A stretch of DNA of 59,580 nt, filler included, from Limisphaerales bacterium (GTDB lineage Bacteria; Verrucomicrobiota; Verrucomicrobiia; Limisphaerales; SIBE01), in the NCBI GenBank assembly GCA_044225505.1. It is 3 parts of 3 records of this genome, joined end to end, with 100 filler letters (N's around TTAATTAATTAA, not from the genome) between each part and the next. Parts side by side here need not be neighbours in the genome. Positions count along the whole stretch, not along the records: positions 40,560 to 59,580 come from JBGAIN010000158.1; 2 more parts are not named here. One strand, given 5' to 3'. The number at the start of each line of letters is the position of its first letter. Within the stretch, counting starts at the first letter, position 1. The translations under genes and the position numbers were made by a program. The notes beneath the pieces are model-generated. The model made no database searches. It was not told where the DNA came from and saw nothing but the letters and a program-made list of their open reading frames with translations. Below, one piece after another: positions 49,527 through 59,580 of this stretch.

Positions 49527-50858
49527 ATGAAACGGACTCTCTTTCTAGGCCTTGCTTTGGCTTCGTGCAGTTATTACCCGTTCGATTCTCAAGCGGCGAC
49601 CGACGTGGCGCGCCCCGGCGGTAAGCTCGCCAAGAGCGCGTCGATCCAATTAGTGGAAGTTGCGAGCGGTTTCGTTGACCCCATCCACGTGGCCAGTCCA
49701 CGCGATGGTTCCGGCCGCCTCTTCGTTTGCGAGCGTCCCGGCCGCATTCAGATTATTAAGAACGGAAAAGTTCTGTCCGAACCTTTTTTCGACAATACCG
49801 CGAATACACTTTTTCAGTTTCTGGAAGAAGGGTTGTACTGCATCGAGTTTCACCCAAACTTCAAGAGCAACGGACTGTTTTACGTCAGTTACGCGGACAT
49901 GTGGTTCAACGGTTCCACGTTCATCGTCCAATACAAAGTATCCTCGGAAGACCCGAACAAAGCGGACATGACCACCGCCAAGCCGATCATGCGCATTGAT
50001 TTCCCTTACGCCAATCACCACGGTGGCAAGATCGCCTTCGGGCCAGACGGTTATCTTTACGTTGGCGTCGGAGATGGCGGCTGGGAAGGCGATGTGATTG
50101 AGGCCGGCCAGAACCTCGGAACCTGGCTCGGCAAAATGCTTCGCATTAAAGTTAACGAAGAAGGCGGCTACACCGTGCCCAAGGACAATCCATTCGTCAA
50201 AGCAGCCGAGCTGAAACAGATGACGTTGTTCGGAGTTCCTGAACTCGAGTTCTCCAAGATCAAGCAGCATGCGAAGCCCGAGATCTGGTCCTACGGACTT
50301 CGCAACCCGTGGACATTCAGTTTTGATCGCAAGACGGGCGATCTTTACATCGCAGACATTGGCCAAAACATGTGGGAAGAGGTCAATTACCAGCCCGCGG
50401 CGAGCAAGGGAGGAGAGAATTACGGTTGGAGCCTCACCTGCGGCGTCCACTCGTTTCCGATCGAAAAGGATCACGCGATCACGGGATTGGATATCACGTG
50501 GCCCATTGCCGAATACAAACACGGCCAAGACGGCGATTGCGTCGTCGGTATCGGCGTTTGCCGCGGATACCAATATGGTGATCTAGACGGCACTTACCTG
50601 GTCGGCGATTGGGTTTCAGGCCGGGTCTGGGGTCTGCAACGCCAAGGTTCCTCGTGGGCAATGCAGGAATTGTTAAATACCCAGGTCCAGCTGACTTGTG
50701 GCGGGGAAGATGAAAAGGGCAATCTCTACGTCGCGAATGCCACGAGCCAGTACGGCGCCTGGAAAGACCCGTTCACCAACACACCTGGCTCCGTGTGGCA
50801 GGTTGTCACCAGCACGCAAATCCCAGCCGGCGCCAAGACCGCTCCTTTGGATAAATGA
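49527..50858 (+). CDS. PQQ-dependent sugar dehydrogenase (GSDH/soluble aldose dehydrogenase family)
   Basis: Signal peptide; FHPNF..NG, NHHGG.IAFGPDGYLYVG.GDGG, GK.LRI, YGLRNPW, DIGQN.WEE, NYGW. Confidence 0.92.
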   Translation: MKRTLFLGLALASCSYYPFDSQAATDVARPGGKLAKSASIQLVEVASGFVDPIHVASPRDGSGRLFVCERPGRIQIIKNGKVLSEPFFDNTANTLFQFLEEGLYCIEFHPNFKSNGLFYVSYADMWFNGSTFIVQYKVSSEDPNKADMTTAKPIMRIDFPYANHHGGKIAFGPDGYLYVGVGDGGWEGDVIEAGQNLGTWLGKMLRIKVNEEGGYTVPKDNPFVKAAELKQMTLFGVPELEFSKIKQHAKPEIWSYGLRNPWTFSFDRKTGDLYIADIGQNMWEEVNYQPAASKGGENYGWSLTCGVHSFPIEKDHAITGLDITWPIAEYKHGQDGDCVVGIGVCRGYQYGDLDGTYLVGDWVSGRVWGLQRQGSSWAMQELLNTQVQLTCGGEDEKGNLYVANATSQYGAWKDPFTNTPGSVWQVVTSTQIPAGAKTAPLDK

Positions 50859-51583
50859 AATCCCTGGTTTGGACCCTCATTCTTTCCAGCGCTGCTCTCA
50901 GTCCATTGCGCGCCGGAAATATCGTCGGGCTAGTGACGTTTCAAGGCACGAAACCAGAACGTAAACCCATCGCTCAGATCGCAGCGAACTCCTTCTGCAA
51001 AGAGGCATGCGCGGGCCATGAAGTGCTTTCGGACCGCTTTGTCTACGGCAAGAACGGCGATCTCGACACGCTCGCCAATGTGCTCGTCTACGTCAGCCAC
51101 GGATTGGAAGGTAAGAAGTTCGAGCCACCGAAGGAGCCCGTCGTGATTGACCAGATCCGTTGCATCTACACCCCGCACGTCTCGGCCGTCATGGCCGGGC
51201 AGCCCCTGCGGATTCACAATAGTGACGCCACCTTGCATAACGTCATGACCCAGCCCAAGAAAAACCGCGGTTTCAACGATGGTATGCCTGGAACCGGCCG
51301 CGTCTTGGAAAAGGTCTTCGACAAACCCGAGCTCGGCGTCGATTTACGCTGCTTTATGCATCCGTGGATGCTCGGCTATGTGCACGTCCTGGACCATCCG
51401 TTCTACGCCATCACCAGCACCAATGGGACGTTCGAGATCAAGGGTTTGCCTCCGGGCGACTATGAAGTCTCGGTCTACCATGAATATCCGAAGTTCGCAG
51501 CGGAGACCAATAAACTCGCGGTCACGGTGGGGGCAGGGGACGATGCCAAACTCCAGTTCGTTTACCGAATGAGGCAAGACTAG
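50855..51583 (+). CDS. Secreted cupredoxin-like / carboxypeptidase-regulatory-like domain protein
   Basis: DQ..C.Y.PHV, NSD.TLHNV, C.MHPWM, G.F.I.GLPPG.Y...YHE; ATGA overlap with the GSDH gene. Confidence 0.8.
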   Translation: MKSLVWTLILSSAALSPLRAGNIVGLVTFQGTKPERKPIAQIAANSFCKEACAGHEVLSDRFVYGKNGDLDTLANVLVYVSHGLEGKKFEPPKEPVVIDQIRCIYTPHVSAVMAGQPLRIHNSDATLHNVMTQPKKNRGFNDGMPGTGRVLEKVFDKPELGVDLRCFMHPWMLGYVHVLDHPFYAITSTNGTFEIKGLPPGDYEVSVYHEYPKFAAETNKLAVTVGAGDDAKLQFVYRMRQD

Positions 51584-51755
51584 CCATTCTCCGGCGCGTT
51601 TCAGGGAGCGCGGCTGTGTTCGCAAGATCAGCCGCATCCAAACCAGGCTGTTCAGCAAGCCGTCGCTCGTCCGGATCAACGGCCACGTCCGTTGCGGATA
51701 TGAGATCGAACAGCGGAAATGTGTGCGGCCGCGGTCCGGGTTGTGCCGCGCTTGG

Positions 51756-52976
51756 CTACGCTCCGAGAAATGCCTGATGCACCGCGCGCATGGCTTGCTC
51801 GCCTTTCGTCAGGTCGATCACAACCGAAATCTTGATCTCGCTCGTCGAGATCATCTCGATGTTGACGTTTTCCTTCGCCAGCGTCTCAAAAACGCTCGCC
51901 GCCACGCCGGAATGGCTTCGCATCCCGACGCCCACGATCGAAAGCTTCCCTATCTTCTCATCGGCCAGCACCCCGCCAAAGGCGATCTCGGACTGCAACG
52001 TGTCGATCACCTTCCTGGCTTTCAGCAAATCGGCCTTGTCGACCGTGAAGGAAAGATCCGTCGCTGGGACACCCGCTCCGTGACTCACGTTTTGCACGAT
52101 CATGTCCACGTTGATGGCGGCGTCCGCCAGTGCCTTGAAGATTCGCGCCGCGACACCCGGTTTGTCCGGAACGGAGACCAGCGTCACCTTCGCCTGGTTC
52201 TTGTCGAGGGACACGCCGCGAATCACCACATCTTCCATGCTTTGCGTTTCTTCTTTCACAATCGTTCCTGGGTTGTCATTTAGACTCGAGCGAACTTCAA
52301 ATACCACGCCGAATTTCTTCGCAAATTCCACCGAGCGCGACTGCATCACCTTCGCTCCAAGGCTCGCGAGTTCGAGCATCTCATCGTAGGAAATCTCCGA
52401 AAGCTTGCGCGCTCCCGGCACCAGGCGCGGGTCGGCGGTGTAAACGCCATCGACGTCCGTATAAATCTGGCACAGGTCCGCCTTCAGCGCGGCCGCCAAG
52501 GCAATCGCGGTCAGGTCCGAGCCGCCGCGGCCCAGCGTCGTGATCTGCCCGTCCATCGTTTGCCCTTGAAACCCGGCCACAATGACGACCTTGCCCGCAT
52601 TCAGCAACGCGTGCACTTGCTTAGGCGTGATGTTCTGAATCTTCGCTTTCGTATGGACGCCGTCGGTCACGATTCCTGCCTGCGCGCCCGTTAAGGAGAC
52701 CGCGTCCACTCCCAGCGAATGCAGCGCAATGGCCGTCAGCGCAATCGTCGTTTGCTCCCCCGTCGCCAGGAGCATATCCATCTCACGCTCGCTCGGCAGC
52801 GGCATGATCTCTTTCGCCAGGCGAATGAGGCTATCGGTCACCCCGCTCATCGCGGAGACGACCACGACCACTTGGTCGCCCTGAGCCCGGTATTTCGCCA
52901 CCCGGCTCGCCACGTTTTTAATGCGATCGGTATTTCCGACGGACGTGCCGCCGAACTTTTGGACAATAAGTGCCAT
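51756..52976 (-). CDS. lysC: Aspartate kinase
   Basis: [36 protein letters not shown], two ACT domains, STSEIKIS. Confidence 0.97.
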   Translation of the reverse strand: MALIVQKFGGTSVGNTDRIKNVASRVAKYRAQGDQVVVVVSAMSGVTDSLIRLAKEIMPLPSEREMDMLLATGEQTTIALTAIALHSLGVDAVSLTGAQAGIVTDGVHTKAKIQNITPKQVHALLNAGKVVIVAGFQGQTMDGQITTLGRGGSDLTAIALAAALKADLCQIYTDVDGVYTADPRLVPGARKLSEISYDEMLELASLGAKVMQSRSVEFAKKFGVVFEVRSSLNDNPGTIVKEETQSMEDVVIRGVSLDKNQAKVTLVSVPDKPGVAARIFKALADAAINVDMIVQNVSHGAGVPATDLSFTVDKADLLKARKVIDTLQSEIAFGGVLADEKIGKLSIVGVGMRSHSGVAASVFETLAKENVNIEMISTSEIKISVVIDLTKGEQAMRAVHQAFLGA

Positions 52977-52986
52977 GACCTGGGTC

Positions 52987-54294
52987 TTACACGGATTCGA
53001 AGTTTTCCACGCGGAGCATCATCGGCGGGGCTTTCACGACATCGAGCTGACGGATTAACTCCAACGCGTGCCGCATGGCCGAGTTGGGTGCGTCGTGAAT
53101 CATCAGAATGAGCGGAACGCTCTCGCCGGCATGCCCCTCGGGTTGAATCACTGAAGAAATTCCAATGTTGGCCTGGCCAAGCACCGTCGCAATCTTAGCG
53201 AGGGTTCCTGGCTTATCGACCACGCTCAGCCGCAAGTAATAGCGCGACACCGCTTCATCCATCGGGAGCACGCTCCCGGTCGGATCGTGCGGCACAAACG
53301 GCGGAATGCGGCTCTTCGTCCCAAATTTCAAATCGAGAGCGGCATCCGCAATGTCGCTCAGCACCGCGCTCGCGGTCGCATCTTGGCCCGCGCCGCGTCC
53401 GTAGAAGAGCGTGTCGCCCACCACGTCGCCGCGCACAAAGACGGCGTTGAACACGCCATTCACGCTCGCTAACACGTGGCTGTCCGGGATCAGCGTCGGG
53501 TAAACCCCCACTTGCACTCGGTTGCCCACCTTCTTGATCACGCCCAACAGCTTGATGGTATAGCCCAGCTGTCCGGCAAAATGAATGTCCGTCGGTGTGA
53601 TCGACCGAATCCCCTCCACATGAATCTGTTGCGGTCGGATCCAAAACCCATGCGCGAGCGACGCCAGGATCCCGACTTTATGCATCGAATCGTGGCCATC
53701 GACATCCAATGACGGCTCCGCTTCCGCATAGCCCAGCCGTTGCGCGTCCTTCAGCACCGTCTCAAACTCGGCCCCTTCCTGCTTCATCCGCGTCAGGATG
53801 TAGTTACAAGTGCCGTTGACGATGCCGTAAATGTGGGTAAGCCGGTTCCCAACAAAGCCTTCGCGCAGCGCTTTAATAATCGGAATTCCACCCGCCACGC
53901 TCGCTTCGTAGTAAAGGTTCGCACCGAATTGCTGCGCTGTCCGGAAAAGTTCCTCGCCGTGCGCCGAGAGCAGCGCTTTGTTCGCCGTGATCACCGGCTT
54001 TCCCAACCGCAGTGCCGCCAGGATCATCTCCCGCGCAATCGTCGTCCCTCCCGCCAGTTCCGCAATGAGGTGGACTTCCGGATCGTTCACCACCGTCTTC
54101 CAGTCCAGCGTCAGGTAAGAGCGGGGAATCTCTACCTTCCGTTGCGGCTCTTCATACGCTTTGACCGCGACCTTCGCCAAATGAATGTCAATGCCCAGGC
54201 GTGCGGACATTAAGGCGCTATTCCTCTGCAAATGCAGAAAGACACCGCTGCCCACGGTGCCGCCGCCAATAATGCCCAAGTTTACCTGTTTCAT
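52987..54294 (-). CDS. hom: Homoserine dehydrogenase (with ACT domain)
   Basis: [56 protein letters not shown]. Confidence 0.97.
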   Translation of the reverse strand: MKQVNLGIIGGGTVGSGVFLHLQRNSALMSARLGIDIHLAKVAVKAYEEPQRKVEIPRSYLTLDWKTVVNDPEVHLIAELAGGTTIAREMILAALRLGKPVITANKALLSAHGEELFRTAQQFGANLYYEASVAGGIPIIKALREGFVGNRLTHIYGIVNGTCNYILTRMKQEGAEFETVLKDAQRLGYAEAEPSLDVDGHDSMHKVGILASLAHGFWIRPQQIHVEGIRSITPTDIHFAGQLGYTIKLLGVIKKVGNRVQVGVYPTLIPDSHVLASVNGVFNAVFVRGDVVGDTLFYGRGAGQDATASAVLSDIADAALDLKFGTKSRIPPFVPHDPTGSVLPMDEAVSRYYLRLSVVDKPGTLAKIATVLGQANIGISSVIQPEGHAGESVPLILMIHDAPNSAMRHALELIRQLDVVKAPPMMLRVENFESV

Positions 54295-54721
54295 AGGGAC
54301 GGAGAGATTGCCGCGAATCTGCCCACGCGACAAATAAAATTTGCTGTTTTTGGCGGGCTTCCATCGTTCCGGCCTGGTGCGGTCGGTGCAACGTCGGCCG
54401 CTGAATTCAACCCTATCGAGCGGCTGTGAACGATTGCACGGCCGAGGTCCGCCCGGGTTTTGCGAGCTTGGTGGACAAGATTCTCAGGGGGGCACCGATC
54501 CAGGAGCTATTTGCTCTCAAACGCAGGGGATGGACCTCCCGTGGCGTTCCGAGTTGAGAACGGTCGCTGGCGATCGCTGGCATTTGGGAGAAACACCGAT
54601 GGACCTGGGCATCCGGCACGAAACACGGCAAAAGCTCTGCACAACCCCGGCGAACGATCCGGATTGACGCGAGAATCCGCTCTGGATCGTTCCTCAGTGC
54701 CGGGTGTCGGCACCCCAGCCA

Positions 54722-54820
54722 CACTGGAGGATCACTGGAGGATCACTGGAGGATCACTGGAGGATCACTGGAGGATCACTGGAGGATCACCGGAGGATCA
54801 CCGGAGGATCACCGGAGGAT
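54722..54820. repeat. 11-bp tandem repeat, 9 copies
   Basis: 6 x CACTGGAGGAT followed by 3 x CACCGGAGGAT; intergenic. Confidence 0.97.
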
Positions 54821-54926
54821 CAGCGGCAGTAGCGCGGCGTTGTTTCGACCGCAAACCGGACGGTCTCCGTCAGGTTTTCCCTCCCAACCTTCCAAGCCCA
54901 TTAACTCCCAACCAGACCCGCCAGCC

Positions 54927-55571
54927 TTATCGCCGGTTGCTCCCAGGTCCTTCCCCCAAGTCCGGTAACCCTCGGATCCGACGGAATAACGCCGCTGAAT
55001 CCCGGCTTTCCTGGGTCACTTTCTTCACTCGCACCGCAACCCGCGATTGCGTCCCGCGTGAAAAATCGATTCGCTTTCGCGACATCCTGGCCGACGCCAC
55101 CTCTTTGGCCTCGGACACATTGGACGCCGACACTTCGTGAGTGATCTCAACCGTGGACGTGCAACGGAACGTGACTCGGAAACTCTTGGGCTGCGGCTGT
55201 GGTTTGGGAGCCTGGGCGGGCAGGGGAGCCTTCGATTTGTGGCGTTTCCCAGCTTCAGGCGCGGGGCGATCTCCCAGTTTCGGCTGTTTCAATAAGCTGT
55301 AGTCCAAGCCAATCACCCGTTTGCCGGCAAACCGGCGCAATGATTTCGGGAAGATCCAATAGCCCAGGTTTTGGCCTGAATGGAACCCCACCACCCCGAA
55401 ATCCTTCTTCGTGCCCACCGTTTCCTGGGTCACAGTCAGGACGCGATTCGCTTCTACCGCCGCTTGGAAGCGTTTATCCTTGCGTGGGTTGAGCCACAAA
55501 GTGACAGGCTCAGGCTGGCCGCACGCCTGAACCACCAACTTCAACCGAACGGTCGATTTGGGAACTCGCAT
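54927..55571 (-). CDS. Conserved-looking basic hypothetical protein
   Basis: ATG start, globular N-domain (G.PE..TLW..P..D..F..A...NRV.TV..GTKKDFG.VGF), Pro-rich linker. Confidence 0.65.
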   Translation of the reverse strand: MRVPKSTVRLKLVVQACGQPEPVTLWLNPRKDKRFQAAVEANRVLTVTQETVGTKKDFGVVGFHSGQNLGYWIFPKSLRRFAGKRVIGLDYSLLKQPKLGDRPAPEAGKRHKSKAPLPAQAPKPQPQPKSFRVTFRCTSTVEITHEVSASNVSEAKEVASARMSRKRIDFSRGTQSRVAVRVKKVTQESRDSAALFRRIRGLPDLGEGPGSNRR

Positions 55572-56148
55572 AACGTTCCAACGATTAACTCGACTTTGAA
55601 AACTGGCAAGTCTCCGTCATCGCGACCCCATCCCAGACCACCCTTGTGATCCGCGCTCAAAACGCCAAAAAAGGGCAACTCGGCCCCGCTGCTGAAGCCG
55701 ACCGAAGCCCCCTCCTGGATTATAATACCCAGATGTGCAGCAGTTAAGAACGTTGGTGACAAAATGTCACCGACGTCCGATGGCCGCGCTGCGTTCATCA
55801 TCGGCCTTAACTTCTGAAAAGCAGCAAACCCAGCAATCACCACCCATTCTCAGCGCCTTGGCCTCCGATATCGCCTCGCACAGACGTCCCCCAGGCCGAT
55901 CACGGTCACGGACGGCCACCGCCGCAATCGCGCGGGCGGACACCGAATCAAATTCGGCTCGCCAGCCTCGATCCGCCGCCGACCCAGGACCGTCTAAACC
56001 ATTGAGAGCAAATTGCTCCTGCGGCTCGGAAGTTCCGCTTTGGAAGGGCGATTGAAAAACCACTTCCCTTCAGAATCGGATATGATACGGTAACCGCACT
56101 TCGGAGCTTTAGGCGAGAACGGAGCCAAGTCCTTTTCGTCTTCGCAGT

Positions 56149-56225
56149 GCACCCGTAGCTCAATTGGATAGAGCATCTGACTACGGATCAGAAGGTTCAA
56201 GGTTCAACTCCTTGCGGGTGCGCCA
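56149..56225 (+). tRNA. tRNA-Arg(ACG)
   Basis: GCACCCG acceptor pairs with CGGGTGC; D-arm AGCTCAATTGGATAGAGC; anticodon arm TCTGA-CTACGGA-TCAGA; T-loop GGTTCAAC; encoded CCA. Confidence 0.97.
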
Positions 56226-56319
56226 GCCTTAGCAGCAATGACTTCCAAAAGATTCTAGGGTTTTTCGCTGTTTTCGGTGGAAAGAGGTTGTCCTCTTCGC
56301 GCTAGGTCAAGAGTTCGGC

Positions 56320-56539
56320 GTCCCGGCAGGGACGCGGTGACACTAGCCCGGCAGTTCCAGTGCCGGGAACCCGCGCAGAAGATCCCGAAGTCCCGCAGGG
56401 ACGGGCGAAAGCCCCTGCAAGTGCCAGAAGCGACGTGTCATCGGAGGATCAACCGTCCCTCCCAGGGCTCAGACTCGTCGGTCGCTTGGGGTCTCGGCGC
56501 TAAAGCGTCCAAGCTATTCTCATTCATGCCTCCGGCATG
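56320..56539. repeat. REP/REPIN-like multi-hairpin element, copy 2
   Basis: GTCCCGGCAGGGAC, CCCGGCA..TGCCGGG, GTCCCGCAGGGAC, CGGCGCTAAAGCG, CATGCCTCCGGCATG; shares motif order with the 49193 copy. Confidence 0.55.
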
Positions 56540-56870
56540 CGGGCGAGAGACCCAGGCTTCGATTCCATTGGAACCAATCAAGCCCAAAGATCTTGTTATG
56601 GTCCGACGAGACCAAAATGCGAGATCGAACTGGGTGAGTCGCGAAGCTCGATCGCTCTCGGTGGTGACTTTTTGTCGACAAACTCAAAGGACCACCGCAG
56701 CGACTTGAAACCGATGTTTGGAACCCGTTGTAGGCCAGGTCTTAAAACACCCGTCCGCAAATTGCGGACGCTTCGCGGAAAGGCCGGAGGCTGGGAAAAC
56801 CGAGAGTTGGGAACGGTCCGTTCCCAATAACGCTTCATTCGAGATACCCTTTGGGTCGAATGCTCGTGAT

Positions 56871-57043
56871 TCTCGTCGGACCAGAGGAAATGGCTGAACA
56901 GGAAGAGAATAAGTGAGGGGAGGTGAGCTCAAAAGGGGGCATGGCTCGCTTTTCGCGCCCGAAAAGGCGTCCATAAGCTCTATAGCGGCTTCGATTCCAT
57001 CGTAACGGATCTGGTCTGAAGAACTTGCTCTGGTCCGACGAGA
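56871..57043. mobile_element. Putative small MITE with 16-bp perfect inverted repeats
   Basis: TCTCGTCGGACCAGAG (56871-56886) and CTCTGGTCCGACGAGA (57028-57043); a diverged copy of its right part lies at about 56556-56612. Confidence 0.55.
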
Positions 57044-57046
57044 CAA

Positions 57047-57136
57047 ACCAGAACGGAGCATCACGCCAATTCCACGGACGGCGCAAAGCACGCTCCTTAG
57101 CCGTCCGGTAAACGTGAGAGAAGTGTTTTGATTCAT
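57047..57136 (-). pseudogene. dgkA: N-terminal remnant of prokaryotic diacylglycerol/undecaprenol kinase
   Basis: MNQNTSLTFTGRLRSVLCAVRGIGVMLRS resembles a DgkA N-terminus; similarity stops next to the MITE end. Confidence 0.5.
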
Positions 57137-57912
57137 AGCCGAGTCACGGACCTCGCTCCAAGCTGGTTTACTGTCGCTGGAAAGGCAAGGGCTGGTAGGG
57201 AACCGGTGGCCATCGTTCCTGCTTCGGGGGAAACCGTCGAAGGGATCAGGCACGCAGAATTCCATATAGATGTTGACGCTTGAGGCGAGGCAGCGGGAGG
57301 TCCTTGGAATGGCGTGGAAACTGGGGGTGCAGTATCCTCAGCGGACGATATCAAGCATTGCCGGTGGACGGGAGCGGCAACCGAAACTTGAGAATGGCTT
57401 GTGATTACAGGCCCTGGCCATGAATCGCCGCTTCCTGGATGATGGGCGCAGCAGGCTACGCTGCCGGCCGTGTCCAGGAGTGGCTCAAGCCATCGTGAGG
57501 CACTTTGGCTGAACATCGAACATGCGTATCTTCGGGACTGACCCCTTTCTATTAGACCAGCCATATAACAGGAGCGGCGCCCCGCAAGGAATCTGCATGG
57601 TGCGGAGTTGTCTGCGAATAATTGTTAATTGTCTCCAACAACTGTTGGTTGCTCTTCAACGGTGAGGTGGATACGGTGAGAGTCACGCAGGCGTGGTAGG
57701 CCACGGTGGCAAGCGCCAGAGGCATCCAACAACTTAGGTTGGGGCAAACCCTGGGCCGCTCGCTATCGTTCCACGCCTGCGTGACTCATTCCTTATCCCG
57801 TTTCCTCGCAAAACGGTCAAGGGGCTCTTGCCACAATCGGCTAACACCTTATTCACCATCTGACCAAATCCTTGACTTTCCAGCGGCGCTTGCAATGTTC
57901 GACGAGGGCGTC

Positions 57913-58512
57913 ATGCGATACTTCCTTTGGATCGACGATAAGCAGCAAGGGCCATTCGACGCTGGCGAGATTCGCGCCATGATTTCCGCTGGCGAGGTGT
58001 CCGCTGCTCCGCTCGTATTGCCTGAGGATGGCTCCTCAGAGTGGGCTCTCAAGTCATTTGCGGAACAGCCAGAGCCATTGCCTGAGGGCTGCTACTTTCT
58101 ACAGGATGGCAAAGCCAGTAAAGGCCCCTTCACCATCGGCCAGATGCGCGCAATGTGGAACGCTGGCAGTATCACGAGCAAGACATTGCACCGTCAAACC
58201 GAGGCGGGGAGCTGGCAGCCGCTTTCCCTCATCTTGCATCTGTTAGAGCCGCCTCCTGTCGTCGAGCCCAAGCCGATTGCCGTTACCATCAAGCCAACGA
58301 AGAGCAGGGGACTTTACATCATTCTCGGGCTCCTGTTCGGCTGCCTGGGGATTCACAACTTTTACGCGGGTTATTACGGCAGGGGTTTCTGGCAGCTTCT
58401 AATTACTGTCGTCCTTGGCTGGGCCATCATCGGAATCGTGGCTACTGGGCTCTGGTCCCTCATCGAAGTAATTACGGTTCGATGCGATGGGACTGGGGAG
58501 GCAATGACGTAA
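57913..58512 (+). CDS. Tandem GYF_2 (DUF4339) + TM2/NINE domain protein
   Basis: QQGPFD..EI..M and KGPFTIGQMRAMW..G.I; C-terminal KSR..YIILGLLFG.LGIHNFYAGY. Confidence 0.85.
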   Translation: MRYFLWIDDKQQGPFDAGEIRAMISAGEVSAAPLVLPEDGSSEWALKSFAEQPEPLPEGCYFLQDGKASKGPFTIGQMRAMWNAGSITSKTLHRQTEAGSWQPLSLILHLLEPPPVVEPKPIAVTIKPTKSRGLYIILGLLFGCLGIHNFYAGYYGRGFWQLLITVVLGWAIIGIVATGLWSLIEVITVRCDGTGEAMT

Positions 58513-59013
58513 CGCAAGCGCCCCAGCATGCAGCCGGGGCGCCAACCGAACTGGATTGCCTTACCTACCGAGGAACTCGTGTCACGACGCTGGACGATTT
58601 CTGCAGCCGCCAAGTGAACCTCGCCACCTTTGCGTTTTTCCGGGAGCCGCTTGATGCTGCCCCGTGCGCTCGGTCAGACTCAGCGTCTTTTCACCGGAAG
58701 CGGCGTCCACTGCCTTCAGATCGCGTTCGGAGAATTATCTCCACTCCCGGGGTCGGAATTTCCTCCTCCCGCCTCATTGAAAACGATTCATTCGCCGAAA
58801 GGGGCTCGTCCGCGCTGGCGATGTTCAGTATCTCGAGCAGTTGGTGGAGCATAACCGCCAAGCGTTCGAGCGGGCTAAGCAACTTCTGGAAAAGATGCGC
58901 CGCCTCGCCAGCTCGAAGCGAAAAAGGTTGCTGCGACCCGGCAAGATCTGGGTGAAGCCCCACCGACTACTCGGTTCGACGAATGAGGCACGCGCTCCCG
59001 CCTCCACGTTCGA

Positions 59014-59580
59014 TCATCGCAGTCGACGAATGTCTTCCGTGATTCTTTCAGTCAGACGCTCTAGCTCTTGGCGAGCAGTTCCTTCGATGAGACCATCAAC
59101 CTCAAGGTTGTCTTTGGAGGAATCGTAAAGCAGCTTCCAATCCCGCTTCTCGTTGAACAGCGCTACGAGTTCTCTCCCATCTGGCGCGCGACCAATCAGC
59201 ACGTAAGACATGTGCATCGGCCTTTCCTTTGGCGTCTCGAACGCCACGAGCACTCTAACTGCCAACCAGGCAGTCCCCGGTGACTCTGCTTCTGCTCGGC
59301 TAAACGGTTCGACGTCGCCGCTGTTAGCAGTGACCATTTTGGTCACATGGTTCTGCTGTGCCCATTCCGTCATTCCGAACCGAGCCACGATCGGGTCGAC
59401 CAGGGCAGCGTAGCCTCGCCGGATCTCCTCCTTCTTGAGGGTTTGCGAGGTGAGTCGGTAATGTTCGGCCGCTTTAGCAGCAGCATCTACCTTCGAAGGC
59501 GCTGAATCAACAGGCAGAATCGCGGGGAGTGACGTCGGTGGATCAGCCTTTGATGTGGTTCCCACCTGCGACGGGGAACT
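59014..59580 (-). CDS. Hypothetical protein, probably 5'-partial at window edge
   Basis: Open frame reaching the window end; no recognised motif. Confidence 0.55.
   Translation of the reverse strand, partial: SSPSQVGTTSKADPPTSLPAILPVDSAPSKVDAAAKAAEHYRLTSQTLKKEEIRRGYAALVDPIVARFGMTEWAQQNHVTKMVTANSGDVEPFSRAEAESPGTAWLAVRVLVAFETPKERPMHMSYVLIGRAPDGRELVALFNEKRDWKLLYDSSKDNLEVDGLIEGTARQELERLTERITEDIRRLR

Noticed and set aside
54722..54820. CRISPR array
   Set aside because: Contiguous 11-bp units with no spacers and no cas genes.
54460..55140. 226-aa ORF with LEDHWRITGGS repeats
   Set aside because: A by-product of the 11-bp DNA repeat; it overlaps a better minus-strand gene.
58520..59010. Overlapping short ORFs between the TM2 gene and the last CDS
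   Set aside because: No recognisable family; a remnant cannot be distinguished from noise.

Overview
GC-rich bacterial DNA, most likely from a Verrucomicrobiota (Pedosphaera/Limisphaera-like) draft genome or MAG. The lineage is inferred from a VPDSG/PEP-CTERM-type protein, a lamin-tail protein, an FYRL-type C-terminal domain and an OmcB-like DUF11 protein. The window is three contigs joined by artificial N44-TTAATTAATTAA-N44 linkers (20417-20516, 40460-40559), so adjacency across those points means nothing. Contig 1 has a Y1/RAYT-type transposase bounded by 32-bp inverted repeats, a serine hydrolase, an RND efflux operon, an NDH-2/cNMP/CBS fusion, a GspC-like orphan and a lamin-tail protein. 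Contig 2 has the most striking feature: a stand-alone contractile phage/eCIS tail-sheath homolog that has gained a Sec-type signal peptide and a Verrucomicrobia-type C-terminal surface-protein domain, and is bracketed by two inverted copies of a CTAG-bounded MITE. It also has hcp with a perfect FNR/CRP box, a frameshifted OmcB-like gene, an Acg nitroreductase and a Tat/Fe-S beta-propeller cluster. Contig 3 has a PEP-CTERM-type protein, a UDP-sugar epimerase, a ugd pseudogene, a two-component system, a GSDH/cupredoxin pair, lysC-hom, an 11-bp tandem array, tRNA-Arg(ACG) and decayed mobile debris after the tRNA. All product calls come from motif recognition by eye; no database searches were run.
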